Assembly: GCA_963707505.1 (NCBI GenBank)
Contig: CAVPQB010000001.1
Coordinates: 64,001-128,000 of the forward strand
Length of the DNA: 64,000 nt
DNA from: an uncultured Gemmatimonadales bacterium
Lineage (GTDB): Bacteria > Gemmatimonadota > Gemmatimonadetes > Gemmatimonadales > Gemmatimonadaceae
Direction: 5' to 3'
Below the pieces are notes generated by a model. The model was not told the DNA's origin, ran no database searches, and worked only from the letters and a program-made list of their open reading frames with translations. The translations under genes and the position numbers were made by a program. Shown in pieces: positions 36,660 to 47,240 of the stretch (positions are counted from its first letter, which is position 1; every line of letters begins with the position of its first letter).

Positions 36660-38108
36660 CTACAGCTCGTCCGACTTGATGACGAGCATCTTCTCCACCT
36701 GCATGTCACGGATGGAGTAACCAATTCCGCCCGTCCCGAGTCCGGATGTGCGCCGTCCCGCGAACGGCATCCAGTCCACACGGAAAGTCGTGCTCTCGTT
36801 GACCATCACTGCAGTCGCCTCGAGCCGGCGGAACGCACGCAGCGCGGTGTCCAGCGAGCGTGTGCAGATCGCTGACTGAAACGCGAATGGAAGCGCGTTC
36901 GCGCGATCGATCGCTTCGTCCAACTCGTCGTATGGATACACACACACGACGGGACCGAACACTTCGAGAGTGCTGACCTTCGCGTCGTGCGGAGGATCGT
37001 ACAACACCGTACACGCGTAACATGTGTCGGAGATTCGCGCGCCTCCGCACAAGACTTTCGCACCGCCATCCTTCGCCTCGCGCACCCACTGCTCGACACG
37101 ATCGACTTCGGAAGTTGCGATGAGCGGACCGACTTCGGTGTCCGCGCTCGTTGGATCACCTACGCGAAGTTTCTTCACGCGATCGCTGAGCTTGTCGGCG
37201 AGCTGCTTCGCAATCGAGCGGTGTGCGAAGATTCGTTGAATCGAAACGCACACCTGCCCCGCGTGATAGAACGAGCCCTTCACCAGCATCGGGAGCATCT
37301 TCTCGATGTCGGCGTCTTCCACGACGATCACCGGTGCCGCGCCGCCGTGCTCCAGCGCGCAACGTGTACCGGGCGGCAGCTTCGACCGTAGCATCCAGCC
37401 GACCTTCGCACTTCCGATGAATGTCAGGAATGCGACACGCGGATCGGTCGCGAGACGCTCCGACAGTGCGTGATCCATCGGCACGACCACCTGACACCAT
37501 CCATCCGGCAATCCCGCATCGTGCAGCATCTTCGCAAACTGAAAGCACGACATCGGCGTGCGCTCGGCGGGTTTCGCGATTACAGGGCAACCTGCGGCGA
37601 TTGCCGTAGCCACCTGATGAACGATGAGGTTGAGCGGATGATTGAACGCGCTTATCGCGACAACCGGACCAGCAGGCTCGAGCGACGTGTACGCCATGTG
37701 ATGCGATGACGCAGCGTTCAATCGCATCGGAATCTCGCTGCCATGTTGAGTGCGCAACACATCCACGCATCCGCGCACCGAATCGGCAGCACGAATTGCC
37801 TCTGCGCGCGCATCTACCAGTGGTTTGCCACCTTCGCGCGCGATGGTCATCGCGAGCTGCTCGACGTCGTCGTCCATTCGATCGGCGAGCTTGCGAAGAA
37901 TGTCGATTCGCGCAGCAGGCTCGAGCCATCGCGCCTTGTCGTGGAACAGCGCGGATGCGGAAGCGAGCGCCGTCTCGATTACACCAGCATCAGCGACGGC
38001 GAACGTTGCGACTGGCGAGCGGTCGTACGGAGAGAACACCGTTGCGTCGGCTGCCGAAGTAGTCGCGCCGGTTACGAAGAGACGAAAGTGCGGGAGCGAT
38101 TGTGCCAT
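36660..38108 (-). CDS. Aldehyde dehydrogenase family protein
   Basis: AFNHPLN, KPA..TP, FIGS..VG, LEHGG, GQVCVS, EVFGPV, MPFAGRRTSG. Confidence 0.94.
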   Translation of the reverse strand: MAQSLPHFRLFVTGATTSAADATVFSPYDRSPVATFAVADAGVIETALASASALFHDKARWLEPAARIDILRKLADRMDDDVEQLAMTIAREGGKPLVDARAEAIRAADSVRGCVDVLRTQHGSEIPMRLNAASSHHMAYTSLEPAGPVVAISAFNHPLNLIVHQVATAIAAGCPVIAKPAERTPMSCFQFAKMLHDAGLPDGWCQVVVPMDHALSERLATDPRVAFLTFIGSAKVGWMLRSKLPPGTRCALEHGGAAPVIVVEDADIEKMLPMLVKGSFYHAGQVCVSIQRIFAHRSIAKQLADKLSDRVKKLRVGDPTSADTEVGPLIATSEVDRVEQWVREAKDGGAKVLCGGARISDTCYACTVLYDPPHDAKVSTLEVFGPVVCVYPYDELDEAIDRANALPFAFQSAICTRSLDTALRAFRRLEATAVMVNESTTFRVDWMPFAGRRTSGLGTGGIGYSIRDMQVEKMLVIKSDEL

Positions 38109-38119
38109 GATTCAAACTA

Positions 38120-38902
38120 CTATTCCGTCGCCGAGTCCTGTGGGTTCGGCTTGGTCGTATCGATGTTGAAGCGGAAGGGTTGCTCCACCAGTTGGCGCAC
38201 GCGCCTTCCGTTGAGACGCGCCGGCTGGAATTTCATGCGCGGGAGCGCGTCACGTACGGACGTCGCGAACTGCGGATCGGAGGAGTCGATTATCTCGAGC
38301 GACTGAACGTCGGCCATGCCTGACGTGTCGACGATGAATCGCACCGTCACCCTTCCCGGCACGCGGCGGGCCAGCAGGTCGGGCGGATACTGAGGGACCG
38401 CGCTGCCGTCAGAGAACTGCACAGCGTTGTCGACCTCGAAACTGGTGTACACGTTATCACCAGGCGTGGAGGCGGTATCTGCCGAGATTACCGGAGCTTG
38501 AACGTCACTCTCGACGGATCGCCTGGCTGCGGGCCGGTCGGTCTTCCCGTTCTTCCCGTTGGCGCCGTCGCCTGGCCCGATTCCGGAGAAGTATGCGAGC
38601 GAAGTGAATGCAGCGACATGCTCTCCGCCACCACCGGACACTGATGGACTGCGTGGAGGCGGAGGAATGAACGAGACCAGTTGGCCTTCGGGTTGCGGGC
38701 GATCGAGTACGTCACCCACAGTCCAGACCAGTGCAGCGACAATCGCGACATGGAGCGCGGCGCTGAGCACGGATGGCCAGGGAGACGGGCGCGGATACCA
38801 GAATCGTCCGAGCGCTGCGCGGGGGCGTCCGCCCGTTGGGACCGGGATGGGTGGACCGAGTGAAGCGACAGCGCTTTCGGCATGACGAGGTGCATTCAGC
38901 AT
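38120..38902 (-). CDS. Energy transducer TonB
   Basis: TM with SAALH (SxxxH), Pro/Gly linker, YPP..GRVTVRFIVDTSG..FQPARLNGRRVRQLVEQPF. Confidence 0.87.
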   Translation of the reverse strand: MLNAPRHAESAVASLGPPIPVPTGGRPRAALGRFWYPRPSPWPSVLSAALHVAIVAALVWTVGDVLDRPQPEGQLVSFIPPPPRSPSVSGGGGEHVAAFTSLAYFSGIGPGDGANGKNGKTDRPAARRSVESDVQAPVISADTASTPGDNVYTSFEVDNAVQFSDGSAVPQYPPDLLARRVPGRVTVRFIVDTSGMADVQSLEIIDSSDPQFATSVRDALPRMKFQPARLNGRRVRQLVEQPFRFNIDTTKPNPQDSATE

Positions 38903-38951
38903 TGGAATAGCCCCTCAGATTGCGCGCCCGAATGTGGCGCATTTTTGAAAC

Positions 38952-39918
38952 TTACAATCGTTCCAGTTCGGCGGACAGGCGCTCACGTGTTGCCGGCACG
39001 TCAGGAGCGTAGCCGTGCGACGCGCCCTCGTTGCGCTTTGTAAGAGTATTGCCAGCCGTACGACGGTTTACCACGAAGATGCCAGCGAGCACCAGCGTGC
39101 CGCCAATGATCTGCGCCGGTTGGAGTGGCTCGCCGAGGAACACCACGTCGAGGATCGCGGTGACCGGCGCGACTCCCAGCAGACCGACCGACGCCGCTGT
39201 TGTCGGGAGACGACCGAGCGCGTAGGTAACCCCCAGATATCCCGTGACCTGCGTCACGAGTCCAAGTGCGATGAGAGATGGCCATGCCGACGCTTTGAAT
39301 CCAACGAGCGGCGCCTTCATCAACAGGCAGACCACGAACATCGTGACGACGCTGCCGATTATGGCGAGCGTCGTGAAGGTTATCGTGTCCATGCTGGCGC
39401 GCACGCGGCCGGTCGTGATCAGGTAGGCAGCGAAGAACACCGATGCAGCCGCCGCGAGCATGTCGCCGCCCACATCACCGATTCCCACACCACCTCCGCC
39501 TGGTCTGATCATGTCGCCACCAACCATGACGATACAGCCGCCGAGCGCGAGCACCAGGCCGATCCAGAATGTGAGCTTGGGACGCTCGCGAAACAGCAGC
39601 CAGGTTCCGAGACCGACGAGCACCGGCGAGTTGTTCGTTAGCACCATCGCAGTCGTCGCCGACGTCTTGAGCACCGCGGTATTGAAGAATGCGAGATCCA
39701 TCCCGAAGAAGGCGCCGCCGAGCAGCGCGATGAGCGTCGCTCGCGCCGACGGCAATTTTCCCGCGGCGCGAGAGTAACCAGTATGGGATGAGCACTACAG
39801 CCGCGACGAGTGCGCGATAGAACGCCGAGGTAACACCCGGAACGTCGGCCCATCGAACGAGCGGAGCGGACCACGAGATGCAGACGACGCTGAGCGCGAG
39901 CGCTGCGAAAGCACGCAT
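38952..39918 (-). CDS. DMT/EamA family transporter; +1 frameshift near 39757
   Basis: The N-terminal ORF (SAFYRAL..) and C-terminal ORF (GDMLA.., QIIGGTLVLAGI) join by removing one base of the AAAA run in GGG AAA A TTG. Confidence 0.87.
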
Positions 39919-39986
39919 GCGCGCTTTTCGTTGTGTTGCCGTCGACTCGGCTTGAGATGTAGTGCTTGTCAGATCAACTCCGAAAT

Positions 39987-40015
39987 GTTACCATCAATAC
40001 ATGTTAGATGGTAAC
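39987..40015. promoter_or_regulatory. Inverted repeat GTTACCATC-N11-GATGGTAAC, candidate operator
   Basis: Perfect 9-bp arms in the AT-rich gap between the divergent DMT and CGNR genes. Confidence 0.7.
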
Positions 40016-40060
40016 GCGACCTGTGAGCAAAGTCAATCTATGACTTCGAGGGGACGGTAA

Positions 40061-40588
40061 ATGCCCGAACATCGGCCGGGAACTCCAGGGCAGTACTACG
40101 TGCTCGAGTCGTTTCTGTGGCGCGAATTTACGGGTGTGGACGATTGGCTGGAGTGGACCGAGGAGCATGGACTCGCGCGTACGGCAACGTCGACGCGCGA
40201 GATCTTCGATCAGGCGATGGCACTCAGGGACGCACTGCGCTCGCTCGAGGCGATGAACAATGGTGAGCGCGGCGACGACTCGGCCGCACGGTTGCTGAAC
40301 GAGCTGATCGAGTCGCTCGGCGTGCATCCGCTGGTCGAGCCATTTGGAGAAGTGAATCTGCGGGCGAGCGCTGTGACCGGGCGCAACGCACCGGTTGCCA
40401 GCATGTTGATCATGGCGCTGGACGCGATGTCGAAGGGGGTGTGGACCCGGTTCAAGCTGTGTCAGGATCCGAGCTGCAGGGCGTCGTTCTATGATGCGAC
40501 GAAGAACGGTACGAAGACGTGGTGCTCGGTGGACGGGTGCGGGGCCCGGAACAAGATGCGGCGACTACGAGAGCGGCAGAGGGGATGA
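40061..40588 (+). CDS. CGNR zinc-finger (ABATE) domain putative regulator
   Basis: LRDALR; KLCQDPSC..FYDATKNGTKTWCSVDGCGARNKMRRLR. Confidence 0.9.
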   Translation: MPEHRPGTPGQYYVLESFLWREFTGVDDWLEWTEEHGLARTATSTREIFDQAMALRDALRSLEAMNNGERGDDSAARLLNELIESLGVHPLVEPFGEVNLRASAVTGRNAPVASMLIMALDAMSKGVWTRFKLCQDPSCRASFYDATKNGTKTWCSVDGCGARNKMRRLRERQRG

Positions 40589-40728
40589 GTCTGTCGTTAC
40601 TGGCGGCTTTTGTCCCGGTACCGTTGGGCAGCGGGCGCCGTTAGATTTTTAGGGCTTACCGGGAAGCGTGGGCGGGTGATTCGCCGAAACGCTGATGATC
40701 GCGGTAAGTGGTTGCAGTACAAGGGTTT

Positions 40729-40801
<73 letters not shown>

Positions 40802-40844
40802 CTGCGTGGTTTTCCCACGAGAAACAGATTTTTCGAGTTGACGT

Positions 40845-40875
40845 GCGCGAGGGGCCAACGGGCTCCTCGCGCTTT
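40845..40875 (+). terminator. Probable terminator after tRNA-Phe
   Basis: GCGCGAGGGGCC-AACG-GGCTCCTCGCGC-TTT; 12-bp stem with one G-U pair, short U tail. Confidence 0.55.
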
Positions 40876-41029
40876 GCATGTCCAGGCAGCGAAGAGGCCC
40901 CTCGCGACCGCCATGTCCTCGCCTGCCCGACGACACCTTCCAGCCGCCAGGTCGTTTTTCACGCAACGTCCAAATTTGTGACTTCCCGCCGATACTTGCC
41001 ATGAGGTTCCCCCGTCTTCAGAACGACTC

Positions 41030-44020
41030 ATGCCAGATATCAGGAACTCGTACAATTCAGGCGGCGCAGAAGCGCGCAGTACCGGCCCGCGATCATCAAG
41101 CTCGGCGCTTGTTCAACGTGACAAGTGGCCGCGGCAGCAAGTACTGCGAAGATTCGTCCTCGGATTTCTGCTCCTTGCATGCGTCGTTGCTGGCGCAGTA
41201 GTGCGCCAGCGCGCCTTGCGGCGCGGCGCGCTCAAAGTATGGAGCAATAACTCAGCACTTCTCCTCAGGCTGACCGCTTCCAACGCTGATGCATGGCTGC
41301 GGGACCGAGAAGGCGGCAGCCAGCTTCTCGCCTCGAGCGCGTCGAGGAGCCCGGCCGTGTTTGGGATCGCTGTATCCGGCCAACCGCATGTCGCTCAGGC
41401 AAAGCTGGGGATTGCGCTGAAGGCTGCACTCAAGGAACTGAGCGCGACCGGGCATTACATAGATATCTGGGTCTTTGACAGCAAAGGGCGACTCGTCACA
41501 TCCGCCATTGGCAGCGTCCCTGCACCTTTCATTACTGCCGCCGCGCTGAGCTCACTCTCACGCGACACCGTCGTTGTAACAGGCCCGCGGGCCGACGGCG
41601 CGGGCACGTCGATTGCCATTGCCCGGCGCATTCCGTTCGCGCCGCCGAACGACACGTCCAAATGGCTCCCAAGCGGCACGGTCATGGGAAGCGTTGTTTT
41701 GATGGTCGACCCGGGCAACACGCTGTTCCGGGGGCTCTCTGACGAAGACGAAGCGTCATCTGGCGGCAGCACATTGATGCTCGTTGTCGGCGAGGACTCC
41801 GTATTCGAATTCCCGTCCGCCGGACATGCTCGCAATGCATGGGCTCGTGCATCACTTCCACCCCTGGAGCGAGCGGCGCTCGCTTCGCACCCCGATTCGA
41901 TTGGCTTCATCCACGGCGCGTACGTGCAGACGGTTCGTACAACTGACGGAGCGCCCTGGCGACTGATACGCCGGGCGTCTACCGCCTCCGTGTATCGGGC
42001 CGCTGACGCTCGGCTTCTCAATGAGCTCGCACTTGCCGGTCTGGTCGCGCTCGGCGCTGTCTGGCTCCTGCTGGCTCGCGCCCGTGCGGCACGGGAACAG
42101 CGGATGCGTGAAGTCCAGGCGTCTGAAACGAATTACCGCCTGCTAGCCGAAAATGCGACTGACATAATCGCGCGGCACGGTATCGATGGTCACATCACGT
42201 ACATTTCCCCCGCTGTTCATTCCACCCTGGGTTACGAGCAGTCGGAGATGATTGGCCATTGTCTCGCAGATAGAACTGCGCTCGGGGCGGAGTCAGCCAT
42301 TGCCGCACTGGTTGTTGATTCGTTCGCGACCGTGGATGTCATCACGGTCGAGTATGTCATGCGTCACGCTGACGGTCGTGACGTGTGGGTGGAAACACTG
42401 GCACGCGCGGTTCGCGATCCCGAGACGGGGCGTGTACAGGAAATGGTCACGGTCACACGCGACATCAGCGCGCGCAAAGAAACAGAAGAAGCGTTGAGCA
42501 GTTCGGAGGAATACCACCGTACGCTGTTCACATCGAATCCCATTCCGATGTGGACGCTGGACCGTGAGTCGCGCGCCCTGCTCGCCGTGAACGACGCTTC
42601 TCTCGCACTGTACGGGTACACACGCGAAGAGTTCCTGAGCATGAATGCGTCCGACCTGGCTACCGGCAACGAATCCGATCTTGTGCAATCGTTGTTCAGC
42701 GACATGGGACGCGGAGCGGTGACGCCACTTCTGAGCCGTCATCGCCACAACGATGGCCATGCGATCGACGTCGAACTATTCGCTGGCGCGGTTCGGGATT
42801 CAGGAAACGAAACAGGTCTCGTCGTGGTCAAGGACGTCACGGACCGCACCAAACTGGAAAATCAGCTTCGCCACTCCCAGAAGATGGACGCTGTAGGCAA
42901 ACTGGCAGGCGGCGTAGCGCACGATTTCAACAACATGCTGACAGTTATATCGAGCTATGCGTGCATGATACTCGCCGAAGGAGCGGATCCCGAAACACTG
43001 CGCGAGGATGTCGGCGAGATCAAGGCCGCAGCCGACCGTGCAGCCGCACTTACACGGCAGTTGCTCGCATTCAGTCGTCAGCAGGTGCTCGAGCCACGCA
43101 TCATCGACCTCAACGTTCTCGTTGGCGGTGTCGAGCAGATGCTGCGCCGGCTTCTTCCAGCGGACATCAACCTCCGGACGTCGCTCGCGTCATCTCTGGG
43201 TCCCGTGCTGGCTGATCCAGGCCAGTTGGAGCAGGTACTCGTCAATCTCGTCGTCAACGCACGCGACGCGATGCCTGGGGGCGGGATCATCACCATAGAA
43301 ACAATGAACCTCAGCGCAGACCCTACATCGATCACGCCCGGATCTGACATACCGCGCGTGATGATCGCCGTCACGGATACAGGCTGCGGCATGTCCAAGG
43401 AGCTGCAGACGCGAATCTTCGACCCGTTCTACACAACGAAGGAGGCAGGTTCTGGAACGGGACTCGGCCTCTCCACCGCTCATGGAATCGTGACGCAATC
43501 AAACGGCACGATTTCAGTGTACAGTGAGCCCGGAGTAGGGAGCACGTTCAAGATCTGCTTGCCGCACGTACGCGAGGCGCTGTCGGTCGGAAGCGGCGAT
43601 CAGGACGAAACCACCCACGGCGCCGACGCGGGCAGCGGGACGATTCTGCTCGTTGAAGACGACACACCGCTACGGTTGGTGGCCACGCGAATCCTCGAGG
43701 ACGCGGGGTACACCGTGCGCACGGCATCCAATGGTATCGAAGCACTCCGTATCGTCGAAGAGCACGGCGAGCCGATTGATCTCGTGCTCACAGATATGGT
43801 AATGCCTGAGGTAGGTGGTCGCGAACTCGTGACCACTCTCCGCGAGCAGGGAAATGCTGTGCCCGTGCTGTACATGTCCGGCTACACCGAGCAAAGCTCG
43901 AGAAACCGGCGCTTCCTCGACGACAACAGCCAGTTCATTCAGAAGCCGTTTACGCCACATGAGCTGACGCGCAAGGTCGCCGAAGTGTTGCGCAAGACGT
44001 CGACAGTGGGTGCAGCATGA
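41030..44020 (+). CDS. Hybrid sensor histidine kinase (2 TM + extracytoplasmic sensor, 2 PAS, HisKA, HATPase, REC)
   Basis: [64 protein letters not shown]. Confidence 0.95.
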   Translation: MPDIRNSYNSGGAEARSTGPRSSSSALVQRDKWPRQQVLRRFVLGFLLLACVVAGAVVRQRALRRGALKVWSNNSALLLRLTASNADAWLRDREGGSQLLASSASRSPAVFGIAVSGQPHVAQAKLGIALKAALKELSATGHYIDIWVFDSKGRLVTSAIGSVPAPFITAAALSSLSRDTVVVTGPRADGAGTSIAIARRIPFAPPNDTSKWLPSGTVMGSVVLMVDPGNTLFRGLSDEDEASSGGSTLMLVVGEDSVFEFPSAGHARNAWARASLPPLERAALASHPDSIGFIHGAYVQTVRTTDGAPWRLIRRASTASVYRAADARLLNELALAGLVALGAVWLLLARARAAREQRMREVQASETNYRLLAENATDIIARHGIDGHITYISPAVHSTLGYEQSEMIGHCLADRTALGAESAIAALVVDSFATVDVITVEYVMRHADGRDVWVETLARAVRDPETGRVQEMVTVTRDISARKETEEALSSSEEYHRTLFTSNPIPMWTLDRESRALLAVNDASLALYGYTREEFLSMNASDLATGNESDLVQSLFSDMGRGAVTPLLSRHRHNDGHAIDVELFAGAVRDSGNETGLVVVKDVTDRTKLENQLRHSQKMDAVGKLAGGVAHDFNNMLTVISSYACMILAEGADPETLREDVGEIKAAADRAAALTRQLLAFSRQQVLEPRIIDLNVLVGGVEQMLRRLLPADINLRTSLASSLGPVLADPGQLEQVLVNLVVNARDAMPGGGIITIETMNLSADPTSITPGSDIPRVMIAVTDTGCGMSKELQTRIFDPFYTTKEAGSGTGLGLSTAHGIVTQSNGTISVYSEPGVGSTFKICLPHVREALSVGSGDQDETTHGADAGSGTILLVEDDTPLRLVATRILEDAGYTVRTASNGIEALRIVEEHGEPIDLVLTDMVMPEVGGRELVTTLREQGNAVPVLYMSGYTEQSSRNRRFLDDNSQFIQKPFTPHELTRKVAEVLRKTSTVGAA

Positions 44021-45480
44021 CGACTAGCCAGGGGGCCATAGCCCCGCGTGACACTGTCGAATCACGCTCGGCGTACGAAACGCACCGCGATGAATCGGGG
44101 GCACTCCCGCGGGTGCTATGTGTCGACGATGAGCCGGCAGTCTTGCGTGCGACGAGACGCGTCCTGGCCCGTCATTTCGACGTGACGATGGCGGCTGGTG
44201 GCCTTGCTGCGCTCGACGCGGTGCGTCATGCCAAAATACCGTTTGCGGCAGTCGTGTCGGATCTCAGAATGCCTGAGTTGAACGGTATCGGACTGCTGCA
44301 ATGCGTGCGACAGCACGCGCCCGAAACGGCACGCGTGCTCCTCACAGGAAATGCAGACGTCGCGGCTGCTGTGGACGCCGTCAATGCTGGTGAGGTGTTC
44401 AGGTTTCTCACGAAGCCGTGCCCTCCTGAAAGCCTCATCGAAGCCGTCAACGCAGCGTGTGCGCAATATCGGCGGATGCAAGCCACGCCATCTCGCGAGC
44501 GACAATCCGAAACCCCGGCGGCGCTCGCAGCCCATCAGACAGTCAAGGCACAGCCCCAGGGCAGCGAGGCGTCCACAGGATCACCACGCGACATCGGTTA
44601 CGCTGGCGCCGGTGCGGTAGCAGCCACAGCAAGTAAACAAGCCGAGACGAACGAGCCGGAGACGTCCACATTGGTTGTCGACGACCCCGTGCTTCTCGGC
44701 TATATCGAAGTGTTGCGAGCCGTGCTGGCGGATGTGCGCCCCTCCGCAACCAGCTGCGCGGCAAGGATCGAGCATCGTGTCGCCCAGGTGTTGGACGCCG
44801 TGCATCTCTCCATCGCGGATCACGTGAAGACGGCTGCCGTCCTGTCGCAGCTCGGCAGCACGAGCCTTGCGCAGGATGTCGCCGAACGGATCTATGGGGG
44901 CTGGGCTCTCTCGGCGGATGACCGTGCGTGTGCCGCACGAATTCGTCCAAGATCGGCCGACCTTCTCGTGGGAAGTCCCTCACTCGCTCTCGTGAGAAGG
45001 ATTCTCGTGCATCAGACCCCGGGCGGGACGGAAACGTCCGGCTCCGACGCAAGCGACCACGAGACGTTGGGTCCCGGTGACTTTACCGCGCAGATTCTGG
45101 ATGAGCTGGAGCTGGGTGCACGAATTCTGGACATCGCCTTGATGCTGGACGACATCGAGCGGCGAGCCGCTGATCCGGACAAGATGGCGCGACAGGTAAC
45201 CGAACTCCTGGCGGAGCTGGAGAGCCGCCCATCGAAGCATGATGGGTTGCTTGTCGACAGCTTTCGCATAGCGATGCGAGCACCATCGGACGAGCGCCTC
45301 CGCACGATTCGGCTACGCGAGGCTCACGGCGATATGGTACTAGCAGCGGACGTCGTCGCTCCAAACGGATTGCTGGTTGCCAGACGAGGACAGCGAATCG
45401 GCGAAATCCTGGCCAAGCGAACAACGGCGAGCTGGAGTGCCGCGCTTCTCGACCAGTCGGTTCAGGTTACCGACCTCTGA
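44017..45480 (+). CDS. Response regulator, REC plus degenerate HD-like helical domain
   Basis: LCVDDE, VSDLRMP, LLTG, FLTKP; AAVLSQLG segment where HD-GYP relatives carry LHDIG; ATGA overlap with the kinase. Confidence 0.85.
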   Translation: MTTSQGAIAPRDTVESRSAYETHRDESGALPRVLCVDDEPAVLRATRRVLARHFDVTMAAGGLAALDAVRHAKIPFAAVVSDLRMPELNGIGLLQCVRQHAPETARVLLTGNADVAAAVDAVNAGEVFRFLTKPCPPESLIEAVNAACAQYRRMQATPSRERQSETPAALAAHQTVKAQPQGSEASTGSPRDIGYAGAGAVAATASKQAETNEPETSTLVVDDPVLLGYIEVLRAVLADVRPSATSCAARIEHRVAQVLDAVHLSIADHVKTAAVLSQLGSTSLAQDVAERIYGGWALSADDRACAARIRPRSADLLVGSPSLALVRRILVHQTPGGTETSGSDASDHETLGPGDFTAQILDELELGARILDIALMLDDIERRAADPDKMARQVTELLAELESRPSKHDGLLVDSFRIAMRAPSDERLRTIRLREAHGDMVLAADVVAPNGLLVARRGQRIGEILAKRTTASWSAALLDQSVQVTDL

Positions 45481-45928
45481 CAGGCCGTATGGACGGTGGG
45501 CGCTGACGATCCACCGCCCACGCGTTGCGTTGAGCGGCCTGCCACACCATCATCACGAGCTGGCCCGCCGGTCGCAGGACACTGCGGATGCTGGTGAACG
45601 CCGACACGGGATCGGAGAAGAACATCGTGCCGAATCGGCTGATCACCAGGTCGACCGACTCGGGCTGGAACGGATGTCGCGCCGCATCGCCGCGCACGTA
45701 ATCGACATTGCGAATTCCGGCGGCGAGCGTGAGTTGCCGCGCCTCACGAAGTGCATGCTCGGCGATGTCGATTCCCATCACGCGACCGTGGCTCGCGATG
45801 AGCGCTGCATCACGCGTCGTCTGACCGGCGCCGCACCCGATGTCGAGCAGTCTGTCGCTGCGACGAACGTTAAGGACGCGCCGCAGCGCGTCTTGATGAC
45901 GTTGCAGCTCTGAATCGTAGTCGATCAT
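45467..45928 (-). pseudogene. Class I SAM methyltransferase, apparently 3'-truncated
   Basis: LDIGCGAG, DLVISRFGTMFF.DP, LRPAGQL..VWQ; family-like sequence ends at RNAWAV (~45510) and the frame runs into the convergent regulator. Confidence 0.7.
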
Positions 45929-45953
45929 CGAAAGCGTGTGCGTAGTGCTCTGG

Positions 45954-46961
45954 CTAGGCATCGCTCTCGAGCACCAGTCCACCCAACACTTCTCGGTTCC
46001 GGATCCGGTCAATAGCCTCGTTCACTTGAGAGAAGGGCATGACATCCACCGACGCCTGAATGTGGTGGGCCGCCGCAAGCTCGAGCATCCGCGCGGTGTC
46101 GGAGCGACTCCCAACGTAGTTGCCATAGATGCGACGACGCCCATAGTCGTACAACAGTCCGGCACTCAACGAGAGTGGCTGCAATGGCGACGCCACCAGA
46201 CAGAGTTGCCCCTCTGGCTTCAGCAACCGCAAGCAGGAATTCAAGGCGAATGGAACGTTCAACGTGGACAGGATGAAGTCGAACGTCGCGCGGCGCTCGG
46301 TCAGTTCTTCCAAGCGCGAGCTGTCCACGAACTCGCCCCCGAGATGTTCGACCATCTCTCGCTTCTCGGGTGAATGTGAAAGCCCCGAAACTGTGTGCCC
46401 CATCGCGACCAGGAATCGGAGGGCGAGGCTGCCGAGGTCTCCGACGCCGAGCACGGCGACGCGGGCGCGATCGGGTAGGTTCGCATGCCGGATTCCGGCG
46501 TATACCGTGAGGCCGGACGAGAACAGTGGCGTCGATGCCGGTGAGTCGAGCTCGGGTGGGATAGCGAACGCGAACCTCCCGTCGACGACCACGTGATCGG
46601 CGAGGCCGCCGTAAGCGTTGACGGAAACCACCCTTTGGCTCGCGCAGAACTGCTCGGTGCCCTGCATGCAGTACGTGCACTCGAAGCAGGCCCCCAACTG
46701 ATATCCGATCCCCACGCGGTCGCCCGGTCGGACATGGGTCACGCGCGGGCCCGTCCACTCGACGACGCCGAGCATCTCGTGACTTGGGACCAGCGGAAAG
46801 CGCGTATCGCCCCAGTCGTTGTCGATGGCCTGCACGTCGCCTCGCGCGATGGTGCGGTGCGTGATTCGCACCAAGGCATCCTGAGCGCTGAGCACCGCAT
46901 CGTATTCGAATGGCGTCGCCGTGCCGCCGGCCTCCATGATGGCGTAGGCTTTGATTCGCAT
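45954..46961 (-). CDS. MDR-superfamily NAD(P)-dependent dehydrogenase/reductase, Ahr/CAD-like, atypical active site
   Basis: IDNDWG..FPLVPSHE, GDRVGIG, structural-zinc CFECTYC-x7-C, GVGDLG; GGAG SD before MRIKAYA. Confidence 0.9.
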   Translation of the reverse strand: MRIKAYAIMEAGGTATPFEYDAVLSAQDALVRITHRTIARGDVQAIDNDWGDTRFPLVPSHEMLGVVEWTGPRVTHVRPGDRVGIGYQLGACFECTYCMQGTEQFCASQRVVSVNAYGGLADHVVVDGRFAFAIPPELDSPASTPLFSSGLTVYAGIRHANLPDRARVAVLGVGDLGSLALRFLVAMGHTVSGLSHSPEKREMVEHLGGEFVDSSRLEELTERRATFDFILSTLNVPFALNSCLRLLKPEGQLCLVASPLQPLSLSAGLLYDYGRRRIYGNYVGSRSDTARMLELAAAHHIQASVDVMPFSQVNEAIDRIRNREVLGGLVLESDA

Positions 46962-47163
46962 GACATCTCCGACCCGGAGAGCTGTACCGGCCATGGCGAT
47001 TCTCTCACTCTAACGTGATGCTGCTGGCCTCAAGCACGGGTCGTACCATGCACGGACTAGTGTCCGTTATCGAGTTAGCGACCTTTCGCCCGAGCTTAGC
47101 GGTATCGAAGTTGCTGGGCTCGGCACCCAGTGGGATCTTTGGGTGATGCTCGACATGCTGGGC

Positions 47164-47229
47164 AGAAGGCACATCGTCATTGATACCGACCCGCAAGGCG
47201 CTGCCTTCGCGCTCGTCGGCGGCAAGTGA
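47164..47229 (+). pseudogene. 3' remnant of a VOC/glyoxalase gene
   Basis: Reads HIVIDTDPQGAAFALVGGK-stop directly before the next gene's SD; upstream codons are unrelated. Confidence 0.55.
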
Positions 47230-47240
47230 GGAGAGCGAAC

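Noticed and set aside
47008..47080. Possible integron attC site (CTCTAAC...GTTAGCG)
   Set aside because: No complementary inner L boxes, no second copy and no integron integrase.
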